In this document: one piece after another, positions 59,676 to 64,000 of the stretch
How positions within the stretch are numbered: the first letter of the stretch is position 1
Layout of the letters: each line of letters starts with the position of its first letter
Assembly (NCBI GenBank): GCA_048499675.1
Contig: JASNZL010000002.1
Span: 40,138-104,137 of the forward strand
Reading direction: 5' to 3'
Source: Candidatus Zambryskiibacteriota bacterium
Lineage (GTDB): Bacteria > Patescibacteriota > Minisyncoccia > Phycocordibacterales > WO2-35-19
Length of the DNA: 64,000 nucleotides
The notes under the pieces: model-generated
The model's database searches: none
Told to the model about the DNA's origin: nothing
The model's input: the letters and a program-made list of their open reading frames with translations, nothing else
Translations under genes and position numbers: made by a program

Positions 59676-61781
59676 ATGATAAGTAAAAAATATTCGGTTC
59701 CATCAAATGGAAGCACTTTAGTAGCTGAATTTAACGATTTGGCAGAAAATGCGCATGGTTCGGTTATGTTGAAACTTGGGGACACCACTGTTTTTGCAAC
59801 AGCAGTTATGTCCAAAGGTGAAAAAGATTTGGATTATTTTCCTCTTTCTGTTGAGTACGAGGAAAGATTTTATGCAGCAGGACAAATATTAGGTAGCAGA
59901 TTTATGAGACGCGAAGGTAGACCATCAGACGAGGCAATTCTTTCTGGAAGAATAGTAGACAGAACAATTCGCCCATTATTTGATAGTGACCTTCGAAACG
60001 AAATTCAAGTTGTTGTTACTATACTTTCATTGGATGAATACGATCCAGATGTTTTGGGAGTTATAGCTTCTTCTTTGGCACTTGGTGTTTCAAAAATCCC
60101 TTGGAATGGACCAGTGAGTGCTGTAAGAATTGGAAAGAATAAAGGTAGTGACGATTTCTTGATTAATCCAACATACCTACAAAGACAAGATGAAAATTAT
60201 GAACTTGATTTGATAGCTTGTGGCAAAGACGGAACAATCAATATGATTGAGGTTGGAAGTAGTGAAGTTTCAGAAGATGTTTTGATGAAAGCTTTGGAAA
60301 AAGCAAAGGAGGAGCTAGAAAAACTACAAAAGTTCCAAGAAGATATCATAAAAGAAATCGGCCAGAAGAAAGTAGCGGTAAACAAAAAAGAAGTTCCTGA
60401 AATTCTAAAAAAATCTTTCCAAGAAAAAGTTTTGTCAAAAATTGAAAGCGTTTTGGGAGAAGCGGGGAAAGCGAGAATTTATGAACTTGAAGAAGAGTGG
60501 ATGGTTTTTGTTGAAACAGAAATGCCTGAAATGGATAAAAGAATTGCACGAAAACTTTACCACGAAGCAATAAATGAATTAATTCACAAAAAAGCTATTG
60601 AGGAAAATACCAGATTTGATGGTAGAGGTTTTGATGATTTGAGAAATCTTTATGCAAAAGCTGGGGGGATTTCAGAAATCTTACACGGATCAGGTATTTT
60701 TTATAGAGGAGGAACTCACATTTTTTCAGCTCTTACTCTAGGAGCCCCGGGAGATTCTCAGGTAATAGACGGCATGGAAACACAAACCAACAAAAGATTT
60801 ATGCACCACTATAATTTCCCACCTTTCTCTGTTGGAGAAACAGGTAGAATTGGTGGATTAAACAGAAGAATGGTAGGCCATGGCGCCCTCGCTGAAAAAG
60901 CCTTAATTCCTGTTTTGCCAAGTAAAGAAAATTTTCCTTACACAATTAGAATTGTATCAGAAGCACTCGCCTCAAACGGCTCAACATCTATGGGTTCAGT
61001 TTGTGCAAGCACTTTAGCCTTGATGGACGCTGGTGTTCCAATAACAAAACCAGTTGGTGGAATCGCGTCCGGTTTGATGATGGAGGGTGATAAATATAAA
61101 GTTCTCACAGACATACAAGGACCAGAAGACGAACATGGTGATATGGACTTCAAAGTTGCAGGTACCAGAGATGGAGTAACAGCAGTCCAGATGGATGTAA
61201 AAGTGGACGGTATTCCTCTACCTATTCTCAAAGAAGCTTTTGAAAAAGCAAAGTCAGCAAGAATAAAAATAATTGAAAGAATAGAAGAAGAAATAAAAGA
61301 ACCAAGACCGGAATTGTCACCAAAGGCTCCGAGAATTATAGCAATTAAAATAAAACCAGAACAAATAGGTATGGTTATAGGAACAGGTGGTAAGGTAATA
61401 AATGAAATCAAAGACTTGACTGGAGCTGAGATAGATATAGAAGAAGATGGAACAGTGTTTATTACTGGCGAAGCAGAAGGGGCAGAAAAAGCAAAGGGGC
61501 TTATAGAAGACATTGTAAGAGAATACAAACAAGGCGAAAGATTTGAAGGCGAAGTAATTAGAGTAGCTGACTTTGGTGCCATAGTTAAACTAGGCAGAAA
61601 CGGAGAGGGAATGGTTCATGTATCTGAAATCGCACCCTTTAGAGTGGAAAAAACAGAGGATTATCTAAAGCTCGGAATGAAAGTTCCTGTTATAATAAAA
61701 GGGGTAGACGACAAAGGAAGGCTTAAACTTTCTATCAAGGAATCTGATCCAAATTTTTTCCAAAAACCGAAACCACAGTAA
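59676..61781 (+). CDS. pnp: Polyribonucleotide nucleotidyltransferase
   Basis: RREGRP, HYNFPPFS, SNGSTSM, GDMDFKVAGT, KH and S1 domains. Confidence 0.98.
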   Translation: MISKKYSVPSNGSTLVAEFNDLAENAHGSVMLKLGDTTVFATAVMSKGEKDLDYFPLSVEYEERFYAAGQILGSRFMRREGRPSDEAILSGRIVDRTIRPLFDSDLRNEIQVVVTILSLDEYDPDVLGVIASSLALGVSKIPWNGPVSAVRIGKNKGSDDFLINPTYLQRQDENYELDLIACGKDGTINMIEVGSSEVSEDVLMKALEKAKEELEKLQKFQEDIIKEIGQKKVAVNKKEVPEILKKSFQEKVLSKIESVLGEAGKARIYELEEEWMVFVETEMPEMDKRIARKLYHEAINELIHKKAIEENTRFDGRGFDDLRNLYAKAGGISEILHGSGIFYRGGTHIFSALTLGAPGDSQVIDGMETQTNKRFMHHYNFPPFSVGETGRIGGLNRRMVGHGALAEKALIPVLPSKENFPYTIRIVSEALASNGSTSMGSVCASTLALMDAGVPITKPVGGIASGLMMEGDKYKVLTDIQGPEDEHGDMDFKVAGTRDGVTAVQMDVKVDGIPLPILKEAFEKAKSARIKIIERIEEEIKEPRPELSPKAPRIIAIKIKPEQIGMVIGTGGKVINEIKDLTGAEIDIEEDGTVFITGEAEGAEKAKGLIEDIVREYKQGERFEGEVIRVADFGAIVKLGRNGEGMVHVSEIAPFRVEKTEDYLKLGMKVPVIIKGVDDKGRLKLSIKESDPNFFQKPKPQ

Positions 61782-61857
61782 ATCTTTGCCCAAAATTTTG
61801 GCTTAAATCTGAATCAAAACATCTGTGCTAGAATATTGTTATATGTATTTATAATTT

Positions 61858-62928
61858 TTGATTATAGATAAAATGGGTTCAGAAAATCAAAATAAAAAAA
61901 TAAATGACCAAAAAGATGGAATGGGTGTTATTGTTGACGCTCTTCATAACAAACAAAAGCTCTCATCTTTAAGAACGTATCAGGGAGATATGGCAGAATT
62001 CATAAAAGAAAAAAATGAATCTGTTATTTCTGTTAGTTTAAAAGAGAAAAAAAGAAAAGAAGAACAAGAAAAAAAACAAAAAGAAGAGGAAGACAGAATA
62101 CAAAAAGAAGAAAAGGAGAGAAAACAGGCAAAACAAGAAAGTCACGAGAAAGAAGAAAGAAAAATTGAAGAAAGAAAAGAAATCACTCTTGATGGAACAA
62201 TAATAGTAAAAGAACCAGAACCAAAAAGATCAAAAAAATATTCCAACCTTCAAACAAACCTATTAATAACAGTGGCTAGCATTCTACTTGTTGTTGGTGG
62301 TGCTTATGTTTTGTTTAACGTATTTGGAACATTGTTGAACCGTGAGAATATTCCTGAATATATTGACCAAAAAGAAATTATCCCATACTCAAATCTGATT
62401 AATGTGAGTAACATTACCAGACAAAATATTTCTTCTCAAATTAGTGGTCTAACGATGCAAAACGGAATAAATATTATAAAAATATCAGACGAAAATGGCG
62501 ACCAACTAAAAACAGCTATAAGTTTTTTTGATTTTTTAGAAATTCCAGTTCCATCTAGCTTAAGACGAGATCTTTATGACGAATTTGCTTACGGCAAAAT
62601 AAAAAAAGGTGACACGGAAGCACAATTTATTGCTTTTGGTGTCAGAGATTTTGGTAGAGCGTTTTCATCTATGCTTGAATGGGAAGATGAAATGTTAAAC
62701 CATTTTAATTTTATGATTACTTCACAAGAACAAGGAGTGGAACAGGGGACAGAACAATGGAAAGACTTAATCATAAAAAACAAAGATGTTAGAGCTGTGA
62801 CTCTTTCAAATAACAAACCAATACTCCTTTATACCTTTCTTGATAAAAACACAATCCTTATAACCGGGGACGTGTCAGCCATTGAAGAGATGAGCAATGC
62901 CTTTTCTTCAAGGTCTTTTGCAAGATAG
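61858..62928 (+). CDS. Hypothetical single-pass membrane protein
   Basis: SLRTYQGD, charged coiled coil, one TM, AFSSMLEWE. Confidence 0.7.
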   Translation: MIIDKMGSENQNKKINDQKDGMGVIVDALHNKQKLSSLRTYQGDMAEFIKEKNESVISVSLKEKKRKEEQEKKQKEEEDRIQKEEKERKQAKQESHEKEERKIEERKEITLDGTIIVKEPEPKRSKKYSNLQTNLLITVASILLVVGGAYVLFNVFGTLLNRENIPEYIDQKEIIPYSNLINVSNITRQNISSQISGLTMQNGINIIKISDENGDQLKTAISFFDFLEIPVPSSLRRDLYDEFAYGKIKKGDTEAQFIAFGVRDFGRAFSSMLEWEDEMLNHFNFMITSQEQGVEQGTEQWKDLIIKNKDVRAVTLSNNKPILLYTFLDKNTILITGDVSAIEEMSNAFSSRSFAR

Positions 62929-62952
62929 CAAGATGTGCTATAATCAATATAT

Positions 62953-63321
62953 ATGAAAAGAGACGATTTAGATTTTAATTACTATAAACAAAAACTTCTT
63001 GAAGAACTTTCTTTGGTTGAAAGAGAACTTGAAGGTGTCGGCAGAAGAAACCCAGACAACAAAAAGGACTGGGAGGCAGAACCAGCAGAAATTGACACTA
63101 GTAGTGCGGACGACAACGAGACCGCAGACAAAATGGAAGAGTATGAGACAAATACTGCAATACTAAAAGACTTAGAAATTAGATATAACGACATTAAAGT
63201 AGCTCTGGATAAAATAGAAGGGGGCACTTATGGTATTTGCGAAGTTTCTGGATTGCCGATTGAAAAAGACAGACTAGAAGCAAACCCAGCTGCCCGAACC
63301 TGCAAGGCGCATATGGAATAA
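62953..63321 (+). CDS. TraR/DksA-family protein
   Basis: GTYGICEVSG...RLEANPAARTC. Confidence 0.9.
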   Translation: MKRDDLDFNYYKQKLLEELSLVERELEGVGRRNPDNKKDWEAEPAEIDTSSADDNETADKMEEYETNTAILKDLEIRYNDIKVALDKIEGGTYGICEVSGLPIEKDRLEANPAARTCKAHME

Positions 63322-63436
63322 TACGAAAACCATGCGAAACACAACGAAAAGCTACAAAAATTTAAAGGCTCAATCTAACATTATTTCCTAAAATTTTCGT
63401 TGTTATTTCGTATTTTTCGCATAATTTTAGTATCGT

Positions 63437-64000
63437 ATGAGTTACGCAAAAGTTCATAGTGCACAAGCTCACCTTTTAAAACCATACATAGTTGATGTTG
63501 AGGCAGACCTTTCAAAGGGTCTGCATTCGTTTTCTATAGTTGGTCTTGGCGACAAAGCAGTTGAAGAAGCAAAAGACAGAATAAGTGCCGCGGTAAAAAA
63601 TACAGGTTTTGAATCTCCAAAATCAAAAAACCAAAAAGTTGTTATATCTCTCGCTCCTGCAGAAATAAAAAAAGAAGGTTCTGGGCTTGATGTCCCAATC
63701 GCCCTATCTTATCTTCTTGCAAGTGGAGACGTACTTTTTGATCCCAAAGACAAGATTTTTCTCGGCGAACTTTCTCTTGATGGCAAACTTAGGGGAATCA
63801 AAGGCGCTCTTGCTTTTACCAGAAAAGCAAAAGAAAAAGGTTTTAGGGAAATATATTTACCAAAAGAAAACACAGCTGAAGCATCGCTCGTTGATGGGAT
63901 ACTTGTATATGGCGCAGAAACACTCAGAGAAATTATAGACCATATACAAGTTGATACAGATATTAACCAAAAATTAAAACCAGAAAGTAAAAAAGAAATA
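63437..64000 (+). CDS. comM: ComM/YifB Mg-chelatase-like ATPase (partial)
   Basis: Manual translation: VDVEADLSKGL...IVGLGDKAVEEAKDRI...LAPAEIKKEG...GELSLDG. Confidence 0.92.
   Translation, partial: MSYAKVHSAQAHLLKPYIVDVEADLSKGLHSFSIVGLGDKAVEEAKDRISAAVKNTGFESPKSKNQKVVISLAPAEIKKEGSGLDVPIALSYLLASGDVLFDPKDKIFLGELSLDGKLRGIKGALAFTRKAKEKGFREIYLPKENTAEASLVDGILVYGAETLREIIDHIQVDTDINQKLKPESKKEI

Noticed and set aside
60938-61582. 214-aa antisense ORF and other shadow ORFs opposite core genes
   Set aside because: Antisense to well-conserved genes; typical codon-bias shadows.

Overview
AT-rich bacterial chromosome segment, most likely Patescibacteria/CPR (Parcubacteria-like): no rpmD in the spc block, tRNAs without encoded CCA, core genes mostly without Shine-Dalgarno sites, type IV pilus and competence genes. 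Housekeeping content includes rpsN-rpsH-rplF-rplR-rpsE-rplO-secY-adk-map-ndk, recG, pgk, a frameshifted tpiA, a pil cluster, rpsO, xth, cca, recJ, rnhA, comEC, sod, rpmB, rpsL-rpsG-fusA, pnp, a DksA-like gene, comM and five tRNAs. Gene orientation diverges around 30-43 kb, where six parS-like sites lie inside cca and a DnaA-box cluster follows (candidate origin region). Highlights: (1) a 5.6 kb defence island after tRNA-Ser, bounded by 23-bp direct and ~130-bp inverted repeats, carrying a C-protein, a restriction endonuclease, a full LexA fused to a C5 methyltransferase and, divergently, a CD-NTase(AGS-C)+SLATT CBASS-like pair; (2) a family of ~140-155 bp non-coding elements at tRNA ends that duplicate the tRNA end, carry an antisense copy of a tRNA end and share a covarying GYACTG-stem-TGTAA-stem hairpin; (3) small GIY-YIG genes tied to CCCGCACAC-type inverted repeats; (4) an intein with a LAGLIDADG domain in the active site of a Xer recombinase; (5) palindromic repeats inserted in frame into rnhA, a ComEC-type nuclease and recG. 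All calls come from reading the sequence by eye; no searches were run.
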